NCBI RefSeq assembly: GCF_009914755.1
Contig: NC_060927.1
Origin: the human T2T-CHM13v2.0 reference genome, Homo sapiens
Strand: one strand, 5' to 3'
Length of the DNA stretch: 64,000 nt
In this document: piece by piece, positions 29,450 to 42,400 of the stretch
Layout: every line of letters starts with the position of its first letter
How positions within the stretch are numbered: the first letter of the stretch is position 1
Program-made: the position numbers and the translations under genes
The notes under the pieces: generated by a model
What the model was told of the DNA's origin: nothing
Database searches by the model: none
What the model saw: the letters and a program-made list of their open reading frames with translations, nothing else

Positions 29450-29710
29450 AATTACCATTATCACCATCATTATAGCAAATTATAGTGCATATAATATTGC
29501 AATAGGTTTTTGATAGAATATTTTCTTGAAGTCAGTAAAAACCCTGTGAGGTAGGGAGTATTTTTCTTATACAGAAGCTTTTTGATAATTGTTAATTTCT
29601 TACATCTTCATATAGATTATTTCCCAAAGTCATGGCTAAGAAGTGACAAAATTTGAACAAAAACTGGTTTTTCTGATTCCTAAGGTCTATGTTCTTTTCA
29701 CCGAACAACA
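29450..29710 (-). mobile_element. MIR SINE
   Basis: aaaccctgtgaggtagggagta...ttcccaaagtcatggctaagaagtgac...tttgaac...tctgattcc. Confidence 0.6.
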
Positions 29711-30039
29711 GGTAACTGCAAAGAACAATAACCATGACAATAAAAGTCACCAAATTTTGGCTCTAGATTATACAGGAATCCCAATAAAATTTTAGTTACA
29801 GTAGTATAAAGGCGTCTACTTAGATATAGATCACACTTTTTTTCTTATGCCTAGATCTCCTGAACCAGAAAGTTAGCAAAAGTGGATGTTTAAGTTTTAA
29901 ATAATGTATTCTAAAGACTTGTTTCCACTTAATAAAACTAGATTGAGACCATGCATAATTTTCCATATTGAGATAATTTAAAATTATTTTGCCCTACTCT
30001 GAAAAGTTTAAGTCTGATAGGTAAATTTTATGATATGGT

Positions 30040-30190
30040 GACAAGACTGTGCAAAGTATTTAACTCTAATTCTCTGAGCCTTGGTTCTTTGATTTGTAAA
30101 ATAGTGATAATAAACCCATTTTAAAAATAGGTGAAAAGTATTTTTCATTATTTCTGGCACATAGTAAATATGCACCAGAAGTCAGGCATT
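30040..30190 (+). mobile_element. MIR SINE
   Basis: ctctgagccttggttctttgatttgtaaaatagtgataataa...ctggcacatagtaaat. Confidence 0.65.
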
Positions 30191-32584
30191 AATATTTGAA
30201 TTTTTAAAAAGTACTGCAGGTAAATTATCTCAGTGTGTTTAAATAATAAAAGTATCACTAAGAACCCAGCAAAAGACAAGCTATATGTTAAAGCACAAAG
30301 TACTGAAAGAATATAACTCTGAAAGAACAAGTGTAATATCATATAACACATATTAATTAAAATGGAAATGTGTCTCTTTTTTTACTTTCTCTAGTTTATA
30401 GAATCATTCCTCAATAATGGTTTCTCTTGGTCTCCCAAAGAAATAAACTTTATGTGAACAATTAGATCATAATTTTTCTGTGCCCTTCCTTTCATCTTTT
30501 TTTTCTCCTTTTTTTTCTTTCTATTTTTATCATCTTTTCTTCAGGTATCACAGGCATTAACCTATAGGCATTCTCCCAAGTCACTTGGTTAATTTTGTGG
30601 GAATGACTGAGTTTCCAAAATACCTTTATTGACTTGGTATCTGTAGGCCATGCTAACTGCTACTAGGAAATTAACTGAAAGTCAAGATTACCAAATGTTT
30701 AGGATAATTATTTCTATGATGGAAATTCTGGGTCCCATTTTTCTAAAGCAGAAATGGTAAAGAAAAAATATACTGAAAGCTGTATAACCAGTGATACTTA
30801 GATGATCACTAAGTATTTGTGCAATAGACAAAACATCTTTGCAAACTCTTTAATTTCTAAGATTTATCTTAATATTTTAAATCATTTTAATATTATAATC
30901 TAAAATATACCCATGAGATGTAAGATTAATAAGTGTCACTATTAAGGAAAAAAGACATGCTATTCAGTGCTTGTTACTAGGAAAATACAATATATTTTCT
31001 TATTTTTCTATGGAGAAGTAAAAATAACTGAATATATGAAAAGCATGTGAATATTTTTCTACCAAAGAATCAGTAGAGATATTAATTTGAATCATAGGTT
31101 AAAAATAATCTGAAAAAGTACACCTTAGCATTGCATACTTAAAAAAGCATTTCCTATAACTCTATGAATATAGCTTAGGAAATATTGAATTTTCATTAAC
31201 GAAATTGATTTGGCTAGAACTCTTTATAAAGAAATAAAACCACTAAAATTTAAAGCCTCTGCCATGTGATGTTTAACAGGAAAATTTATAAACACATACT
31301 GTTCTCTGAAATTTCCTCATGAAGAAATTTTAGGGATTTTAAAGAACATTAGTCTTTTCCTGTAGTTGCTCATAGATTAAGTGCTAATTCAATAAAACTG
31401 TCTTCATTTGTGTGTGTACATATATATGTGCATTATAGATACATATATATGTGCATTATAAATACATATGTACAGATATCCATATATATGTATGTATATA
31501 TTGAAAACATGTTTCTATTAATTAGTGCGTAGGTGTTTGCTATATATTTTGAATGTATATACAATTATTTTTCTAGGTTTTTTGGCTCAATGTATTGAAA
31601 AGAGAATTAGAATAGATTTTCTGATCATCTTTACACATGGTAAAATTGAATAGAATATTTAGGCTTTACCTCTTTAAAAGAATTGCTGGCAGCATTGGAA
31701 ATGTTGTCAATTTACATGTCTATTCTTGTTTAAAAGCTCATCCATAATTTTTTTTTAAAATAAATCTTTTTAAGATGATGAATTTATGATATCTCTGAAG
31801 AATAATCTTCATTATACTTGGAGATTATTGTTTTATTTGCTGTTACTGATGAAGCTTTGAACTTCATTCCGTATATACTCTTCAAACACTCCCTCTATCC
31901 ACAGTTATCTTTAGTTAAAAGCATAAAGGTTAAGCATTTTATTAGAAGTCTAATATTTACATTGTTGTAATACTAAAATCTTAGTCACTGTGTTGCTGGT
32001 CTCAGGCCTCCCTGAACTCTGAATTAATATTTATTTTTCAAGCTTTTCTCTCTTACCCCAGTTTTTTCTCTCTTGTCCTTTTTTTTTAAGTTTGCCAAGA
32101 AAGTGATAAATAAATCAAGCATACGGAATATAAAAACACTAAGCATATTTGTTTAATCTGATAATTAAGAATCTGAAATTGTTCTGGTTTATTATAATCA
32201 TTAGACAAATTTTTATATCATGGTATTGAACTAAAGAGAGAAATAAGGAGGAAATGAAATGCATTTGAAAATTAAATGATATTGTTAAACTTGATAAGTA
32301 TAAAAATTCATGAAAATAGAATAATGTTTTATTATCCAAATAGAGTCTATTTTACAAACATTAGATGGTAAACTAAAAATGGTTAGGGTAACATCTGTTT
32401 TGCTTACCTATGTCACTCAAGCTTCTGGCAAAGAGCTTGGAAAATCCTAGTTAAAATGAGTCATATAGATCATATATAGATCACATATAGTTAAAATGAG
32501 TTATATAGATCATATACATAATATCTAAGATAAGAAATCAGTGTGAACCATGTCTTGCATATGTTTAGCTTAAAAATGAACTAG

Positions 32585-32683
32585 AGTGCAGCAAGCCACC
32601 ATGGCACAGGTATACCTATGTAACAAACCTGCACATTCTGCATATGTATCCCGGAACTTCAAAGTCAAAAACACACAAAAAAA
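32585..32683 (+). mobile_element. Short 5'-truncated L1PA 3' end
   Basis: gtgcagcaagccaccatggcacaggtatacctatgtaacaaacctgcacattctgcatatgtatcccggaact plus an A-rich tail. Confidence 0.9.
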
Positions 32684-32890
32684 GAGAGCTAAAGTGCAAT
32701 GACTTCAAAAGACAGATAAATATGGAAGTTAATATAAAGATTTAATCATTCATTCAATCAGTCAGCATTTATAGAATTTATTGAATATCATTTACTTGGC
32801 TAGGAACTGAAGATATATGTTGAGACTTGAACCACACACTTTGTTTCTAAGGAAGACATTTTATCCCCTGGAAAACAAAAAAAGAAAATG

Positions 32891-33261
32891 GGCAATACCA
32901 TTCAGGACATTGCATGGGCAAAGACTTCATGTCTAAAGCACCAAAAGCAATGGCAACAAAAGCCAAAATTGACAAATTGGATCTAATTAAACTAAAGAGC
33001 TTCTGAACAGCAAAAGAAACTATCATCACAGTGAACAGGCAACCTACAGAATGGGAGAAAATTTTTGCAATCTATCCATCTGACAAAGGGCTAATATCTG
33101 GAATCTAAAAAGATATTTAAAAAATTTACTAGAAAAAAACAAACAACCCCATCAAAAAATGGGCAAAGGATATGAACAGACACTTCTCAAAAGAAGACAT
33201 TTATGCAGCCAACAGACATATGAAAAAATGCTCATCATCACTGGCCATGAGAAAAAATGCA
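32891..33261 (+). mobile_element. L1PA internal ORF2 fragment without 3' UTR or poly-A
   Basis: ggcaataccattcaggacat...aaagcaatggcaacaaaagccaaaattgacaaa...gacacttctcaaaagaagacatttatgcagccaac...cactggcc. Confidence 0.93.
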
Positions 33262-33985
33262 TTAATTTTTAAGTAGTAAAAATATTCAGTGCTCATAGTG
33301 GAAAAGGCAAATTTTACCATTTAGTAGGAAAATTACTTCTAAAAATATGGAATTATATAAAATATTTTGATTACTTCATTTGTTAAAATGATTTATACAT
33401 AATTTCAATTTATTATTTAATAATAATTTATTAATTGGGGAGATAATACATTAGAGACAATGAAGACAGAATTAGAAAATGTTATGTGGCAGAGGGCTGA
33501 CAAACAAAATGCATGTAAAGAATAGTCCTTGTTCTTCATAAAGTACTAACTGTTTCTCTGCATGCCTTGTGGGATCAAAAGGAGAGAAGGGTATTGGATA
33601 AGATCTTTGACCCTCCTTGTGTTTGGACAGGCCTCTGCTTTAAACTTAGTTTTTTCTCTTTTTCAGAAGAGTTATCTGAATTTTTAATATCAAATCTTAC
33701 CAAATAGAAAGCAAAGAAGAAAGAGTAGTTATGGATTTATATCATACTCAATTATACATGGAGTATTGTCATGAAGATTTTTAACCCAAGCAAGAAGAGA
33801 GTCATAGCTGTAAACGTAAAGCACCGCTTTCCTACTAAAAAGAAAAAATCCATTCCTTATTATGAGATTATATGCTACAAACTGAACTTCACATTATAGA
33901 ATTTCCAATGTTCAGGTCTTAAATTAGTATTAATGTCTAATACATGAGTTTTGCTTTTTTCCATAATACATTGTAAGGTCTAGAC

Positions 33986-34188
33986 CAGTCATTGTCAAGT
34001 AGGGGTGATTTTGCCTTCAGGAAACTTTTGGCAATGTCTGGAAACATTTGTCATTGTCACGCTGAAAATGGTAATGCTACTGACATCTAGTGGGTAGGGG
34101 CAGGGATGCTGTTACACATTGCACGATGTACAGCACAGCCTCCCACGAGAATTACTTATGCCAACTGTGGCAACATAGAGAAAACCTG
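33986..34188 (+). mobile_element. MER20
   Basis: ggggtgattttgcc...tttggcaatgtctggaaacattt...gctactgacatctagtgggtag...gggatgctg. Confidence 0.88.
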
Positions 34189-34199
34189 TACATGATGGT

Positions 34200-34370
34200 A
34201 CATAATAATTCATTTTATCCTCACAACAACCCTTAGGATACACACTAATATATCAACATATTTTGTCTAAAAGTACTGAGCCACGGGGATGTTAAGCAGA
34301 ATTTTCAAATTTATAGAGGTGGAATAGAAACCCAGATAACTTGGATCCAAATATCTCTCGCTTAACTCCC
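34200..34370 (-). mobile_element. MIR SINE
   Basis: ttcattttatcctcacaacaacccttagg...actgag...gttaagc. Confidence 0.6.
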
Positions 34371-35067
34371 ATTCTAGAGTCTCTTTGTACTTTCTAGGAT
34401 TTTCCCCTCAAGTTTATCACTGAATACCATACTTTACAGCATTTTTATAAATAGAATTAATATGAGAATTTTCTTTGACTCATTTCACCCTTTGAAATTG
34501 ATTACTAAATCTTCCATACAATGGAGTAAATAAATCATCCAACCAAACAGCATTCTCTGTTTCTATTCTGCTTCAGGTTCATGCTAGGAATTGTAGACTA
34601 AAAAGAAAACGAGGTTTGAATAGTGTAAGAAACACAAGCCAATGCTCAATTTTGTTGGCTCGACAGTGTCTACTAAGGCAGTTCATAGAAGAGGAAGATT
34701 GCTGAATGCTTGAGCCACAGGGGAAAGCTTCAGAGAGGAAGCCAGGCTGGAGCCGAACTTTCACAGTGTTCTTGATTTACTTGAGTTATCTTGTTTGTTT
34801 TTACATCTACTTCACTCTCATAACTTTTCTCCTTTTCAGTGTTTCATTTAATTAAATCCAATACATATTTACTGAGAAGGCACTGTGTGTTCATCTCTTC
34901 TTTAGACACTGCAAAGTGCATGAAGCATTTTTACAGAATTTTTGCCCATAAGAAAATAAAAATCTAAAGAGACAAGTCATGGTTAGACTAGGAGTTACAT
35001 AACAGTAAAAGAAAATGTATGAGAGATATTGAAATAGCACATAATTAAGCGTTAAAATAATTGTATG

Positions 35068-35435
<368 letters not shown>

Positions 35436-36015
35436 TTATTTTTAAGATGTAAAGACCAGGGGGGTGTTTGTAGTAGAGATGGGCTTAAATGGGGCTTTGG
35501 TTAAGTTAAATGAAGTGGGGAATGGAAGACTTTCCAAATTATAAGACCAATCAGAATGAAGTCACGTGTATGAGAGTGAGCATGACAGTTCATAGCCAAA
35601 CATCTTCTCTATTTTTTTTTTGGTAAAATGTCATTTATTAAATGTATATTACATTAGCAAAAGACGTGTTCATTCTTTGATATTTCCACTGGTAACTTTA
35701 TAGAAAATTATTTTTGAATGTGCATTTGTATATTTGAATCTACATTCCATAGTTAGATTGAGTCATTTATTGAACAATGAATTGTTATTATTGGTTTAGT
35801 CATTCTTTCAGATAAGAAAGCCATAATTATACATAATTTTCTCACCAAAAATAACCTAAGAACCTGGTAGGGCTAGGGATAGAGCTAGTTCTTTTTAAGT
35901 TCACCTCTTCAGGAACACTCTCTTCCCATTTTAGCAATCTAACACTATCTGATACATATGGTAGCTCATATATATCAAGCATGATGTAATTTGTCAGAAA
36001 TATCTCTGAAGATAA

Positions 36016-36349
<334 letters not shown>

Positions 36350-36399
36350 TTAAAAATAAAAACAAAAACAAAAAATTGAATCACTTTTAAATGATCAAA

Positions 36400-37060
36400 G
36401 TTATCATGTCCAGTGGTAGAAAAAATCAAAATCATTCACCACCTGATAAGATGCAATGAGAATATAAAATGACTTCTATTGTATTCCTGTCCAAAATTCT
36501 TAACCTGATTTCATCATGTGGGAACACCCAAAAAACCAATATTGTGGAACTTTCCACAAAATTACTAGTCCTGAAGAATTTTAAAAAATGCCAGTACCAT
36601 GAAAGGCAAGGAAAAACTGATGAGCTGTTTGGGATTGAAGGATACATAGGAGGCATGACATCTAAATGCAAAGCACGATTGGGTTGGTTCTTTTTGCTGT
36701 AAAGGAAATTATTGGACTATTGGAAGAACTTAAATTTGTCTTTGAATGAGATTAAGTATAAATGTCAATATCCTGATTTTGATGGTCGTAATTTGGTCAT
36801 ATACAAGATCATTTTTTTGTGTGTGAAAAATATTCACTGTAGGATTCAAGGATAATTGGGGCATCATGTCTGTAACTTAATCTCCAATTGTTCAGAGGCA
36901 ACAATAATATGCATACATTTATATTCAGAAGGAAATTTATAAGGCAAATAATGTAAAATGTCCACAATTGGGGAATCTGAATTAAGAGCATATAAGAGTT
37001 TTTTCTACTGGTCTTACAACTTTTCTGTAAGCTTGACATTATTTTATAATAGAAATTGTT
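36400..37060 (+). mobile_element. L1MC/L1ME 3' end
   Basis: ctgataagatgcaatgagaa...gcatgacatctaaatgcaa...ggggaatctg...caacttttctgtaagcttga. Confidence 0.75.
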
Positions 37061-37958
37061 GGAAAATAAGTATTCATAACATCAGTCATAGAGAAGATAT
37101 TTCAGCCAGGTATGGAAAACCGAACTTGTGTTGAAAGGAAATGCAGCTATAATTTAAATCAACACTTAAATAAGGCATTGAACCCTTTATTAAAACTGTC
37201 TTAGTAACCATGATAAGTTGCCATGAAATTTTCACACCATTGTTTGAATTTGTTTTAAATAACTTCTTATAGAAAATGAAGTAGACAAATAGATCTACTA
37301 CACTGTTACTTTGACATTTTTCACAGGATGAGGAGACAGTACTTATAGGATGAAACACTTTTTTTTCTTTGTTTATATCCACCTCAGGCAACATAAAAAC
37401 ACAGATATTTTTCAAAAAAATCTTTAATAGCACATGTGATCAGATGCATTAAGATGATTATTCAGATGAAATTCGCTTGTATTTTGTTCTATTGTTGATA
37501 CTGAGAATTTCCACAAAAGCCTGCTTTTGAATAAAAATATTATTAATGAGAAAAGGCATTTAATTTTGGAAAAAGAAAGCACGTACACATTGATGTTTGT
37601 GATCTATCAGTGGGAAAAGAGTTAATATTGGGAAATTTTAAAAATGCAAACACAAATTCTCTTAAAAATCTTCAAAACTTTAAAAATATACATAAAAATA
37701 CGAAATGTAATTTGTTTTTCTAACCTTTGTCAATACCAGATGTGGGGATATTACAGTAACTACCCAAATAAACTAAATTTGATTTTAGATAGTGTTAATA
37801 TTTTATCTTTAGGGAGAAATTGCTTAAAACAGCATTCACACTGTTTATACTGCGTATGCATTAAAGCGCAACAAATAAAAACGTGAAAAAAAGCATGATG
37901 TATTTAGTATATAAACTACAAGTAAATTTTAGTGTTTTTTACTTATTAAAGAATTGCA

Positions 37959-38196
37959 GGCTTAAGTGGGTGGATCACTTGACGTCAGGAGTTCAAGACC
38001 AGCCTGGCCAACATGGCGAAATCCCGTCTCTACTAAAAATACAAAAATTAGCCAGGTATGGTGGTGCATGCCTGTGATCCGAGCTACTCTGGAGGCTGAT
38101 GCAGGAGAATACTTGAATCCAGCCGGCAGAGGTTTTGGTGAGCTAAGATCGTGCCATTGCACTCCAGACTGGTCAACAGAGTGACACTCTGTCTCA

Positions 38197-38225
<29 letters not shown>
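37959..38225 (+). mobile_element. 5'-truncated AluS
   Basis: Alu begins ~45 nt into the consensus. Perfect TSD aaagaattgca at 37948-37958 and 38226-38236. Confidence 0.93.
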
Positions 38226-38230
<5 letters not shown>

Positions 38231-38466
38231 ATTGCAAATTGCAAATTATACTTAATAGCAATGATCAAAAGGCTGGAGGCATACTCTTTGTTTAAATGGC
38301 ATTGAGAAATGAAGTGAAGCAAAATCAAATAAAAAAGTGATCACGTATGTATAATTTTAAGGACAATATTGTACTTTTTAATATCTACTCAAACGAATGC
38401 ATTGAATATAGCCAATTTTTGAAGAAAGTAACGAACATATTTGTTCAAACTCTCAAGCTCAAATTT

Positions 38467-38612
38467 CATATATATATAAATATATATACACACATATATA
38501 TAAATGTATACACACATATATAAATATATATACACACATATATATAAATATATATACATATATACATATATATATACATATATAAAAATATATATACATA
38601 TATATATATATA
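38467..38612. repeat. (TA)/(TACA) low-complexity repeat (Alu tail-derived)
   Basis: Alternating TA/CA tract directly abutting the reverse-strand Alu tail. Confidence 0.92.
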
Positions 38613-39015
<403 letters not shown>

Positions 39016-39124
39016 ATTTTATTAAATTTTTGCCATCTTTCAGTATCTCCCAAGACTTTTATTTTATCCTACATCCTACTATCTCCTCCCAGTGTATCAT
39101 GTTGTCACCAAATGTGCAGTATCT

Positions 39125-39424
39125 TTTGCTGCAATCCTCAGCCAATTGCAAAACTGCTGAAGTGTCAATATGAAGGCTCTCAGGTGGGAAGAATTCTCTC
39201 TTACTCTAGGAAAGGCCATGCTTATGTTCTTTTAAGGCTGTCAAATGATTAGATGAGGCTCACCTGCATTATGAAAGGTGAGCTTCTTCAACAGTCTAGC
39301 AGCTTAAATGTTAATCTTATCCCAAAACGCTTTTACAGAAACACTAAGAATAATGTTTGACCATTGACTAAATATCTGGGTACCCCATGGCTCAGTCAAG
39401 TTACACATAAAAGTAACCAACACA
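39125..39424 (-). mobile_element. MLT2 (ERVL) LTR fragment
   Basis: gattagatgaggctcacc...ttaaatgttaatcttatcc...aataatgtttgacc...aaatatctgggtacccc...gtcaagttacacataaaagtaaccaacaca. Confidence 0.85.
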
Positions 39425-42400
39425 TTTTATCACAAGAAAATTTATGTAAGCCTCTTGGGAAATCAGCTTTTAGTAGTACAGTTCCTTTCCAAAAATTATC
39501 TTTAAAAAAATCTTCAGGAAATATCTTAGAAAAACAATGGCATAACAAAATTAACAGATAAACAAAATGCACAGTGTTCATCTGCTTTTGGGATTGCTGG
39601 TCAAGCATATCATCTAATTTGTATGACAATGAGAGCTGTGAAATGTCTATATCCTAACAAACTCACTTATAATTAGGCAATCTATTAAAATGTGAGAGTT
39701 TTACCTAAAAACTTGAAAAATTAATACAATCTTAACACAAAAATTCATGAGAAGCTCTTAACCCTACTTAAGAGAGAATATTTTAATCCAATTTTAAAAT
39801 ATTGTTTGTTTTAAAATATAATAATCATATATTCAGAAAAATAATTTATTTTTTCATATGGTCTTGTTTTTCATCAATGAATTTGATTCAAATACAATGA
39901 ATACAAAGAAAAATATCTTGACCTATTACCTACATATGAGTAGTATGAAAACGTGAGTCATTCAGTATCCTTTCTCATAATCATAATTTTCTGTATAACC
40001 GTAAATATTCAGAGTTTCCCTGTATGGCCCCTGTTCTGAAAATCTTTATCAAGACATTCTCAATGCAATCATTACCTCCCCTGTTCTAAATGCCATCTTT
40101 TGTCTCCTATTCAGAGATTTCAATTGCTCTCATAAGAGTCCAGAGATTGTTTTCTGTTCACACAGCCTCTCCGCGTTTATTAAGGTTTAACGTTCAGAGG
40201 TTTAACCATAAGTGAAAGAGTTAAATGAAATGGAATTGTCTTTTTGCTTAAAGTGATATTTCTTACATACTCTAATCTGTTCTGTTTCTTCGTGTGTTTG
40301 TATGTGAACCTCAGTAAAACTGGAATTGGGAGGTTAAATACAGATACTACCAATTTCAGGGTATTATTGTTCATTGATGTTTATCCTAGGCATTTATTTC
40401 TAAAGCTAAGTTTTTGTTTTGTTTTGTTTTACTTTTGATCCCCACTTCTCCCTTTCTGTCTTCCCTAACAATTTTTACTTTCATTTGGCATTACAGTGCG
40501 AGAAAGAATTGTTCCTATCCGGTTTTGAGAATTACTTCATTTAGTTTACTTTTCTTCACTTTTTTTACTAACAGAAGTTAATTTTGAATACAAAACATAG
40601 ATTGAACATGTCAAAGACTTACTCTGCAGATATCACCAACAGAAACTGTTGATAAGAGATAAAACAAAGATGAATGTTTTGATTATTGCAGTGAGAGAGA
40701 ACAGAGAACCTTGCAAAATTTAGACAGTGTCTTGGACTAGGGAATATAAAGTCAGAATTTATGGAGAATTGGATGTTTGATTTAAGGAGGGTCTTTCGAA
40801 GTAAGAACTGGACTAGGATGGGTTAAAGACCATGCCACAACCGTTCAGGATTGGTAGAAACAGCAAGGTGGGAGTTTAAGGCAAGAGCAGCAAAGAATCG
40901 TAAGGAAAAACTGCCTGCTGATGTTTCATTGAAGAGTAGGTGGGTGTTTCAGGAAGACTCTATAATGAACAATCAAAACCTTTGCCTTGGCAAGGTATTT
41001 CTGAAATAATAAATTATGCTTATGAAGACAGAGGAATATTAAAGGAACACTAACGAGGACAGAGGAATAGCGCAAAGTCATCTTAATATAGGCAGTAAGG
41101 AATTATTTTAGTTCTTAGTGTCTATACTGAGGGTGGGATTAGAAGGTTTTGGTTACCAAATAATATCTAGATAAATGCTTTCATACCACTATCCCATGAA
41201 TTTTTTTCATATCCAAAGCGAATATAGTTTATTTTAATGTTGATATAACTTTCTATAATACTATGACAAAACACATGTCTAATAAGAAAGCTACTTTTAA
41301 ATTAACATTTTCTAAAATTAAATATTTGTACCATGATTTATTTTGACATGATTGCCATTTTGCTGTGCATTTTGATTTATTCCTAGTTTACCTCCAAGCC
41401 CTGTACAGCCAGTATTTCTGCATCCTTCTACCATGTACTTTTACCTGTCTTCCAAAAAACCTCTTGATCTCATCTTTTCCTATTCCAAATACTAATATAT
41501 CATCACTTATCCAAGTATAACTTGTCTTTTATTTATTCAGTTATTTCATTCAAAAGTTCAGAAAATACTGTGATCTTTCATAGAGTTTCGGCATGGAGCA
41601 GGAGGACAGTCAGATCTGCAGCCTCACAGTATTTAGTTTAGTAGATTAACAAAGACTGTACATGAGAAAGTATTGTAAGAAGGTACTCGTCATCTAGAAC
41701 AAGAAGGTTTGGGTTATTAACGAAAAAAAAAGTAGAGATGGGGAAATATGTAATTCTTCCGCTACATATCATACTGTCAAGCTGAATTTTGAAAGATGAA
41801 ATTATATTCCCCTGTGGAACAAGGTATAGTTTAAAATAAGGGGTATTAATTGAAGCATGAGTTACTGTGGAAATAATGTTAGCAGAATTTTGTATATAGC
41901 TATGATCAAACAGAAAACATTTTCAAAGAACAAGAAAAAATATTCTCAAAAATAATTTTAAAAAGTAAACTCAGATATACTGTACCAAGTTTTTTATTTA
42001 ATAGGCTTACTCTACCTCTTCATGTTTATCACTTAGTGCCATCGTCTGGAAGGGCATATGAACATTTAATACTATATGCATGAAATCTGTTGACTGTTTG
42101 ATGAACTATATTCCAGATGCTTACTCAAATAAAATATTTCTAAATTTGGCATGATTGAACTGAAAAAAACAAGGAGGCATCTTTGCTGAGTTAAAGTGTT
42201 TTTGTTTGAACTTACAAGGAAGCTGCCACCAGCTGGTATCGCTTACCATAGTGGTGGAAATATTTCATATTTTAGAATTAAATTATACTCTGTCCAGTCA
42301 AACAGAGACATTAAAAGGATATCACATCAAAATAGGCATAACGTATAATTAAAGAAAAAAGCTGGTGCTTCTTCAGAATGTTAAATGGGAGTAAGTTAAC

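Noticed and set aside
40620-41160. Possible old LTR fragment
   Set aside because: The purine-rich texture is suggestive, but I could not match termini or a family with confidence.
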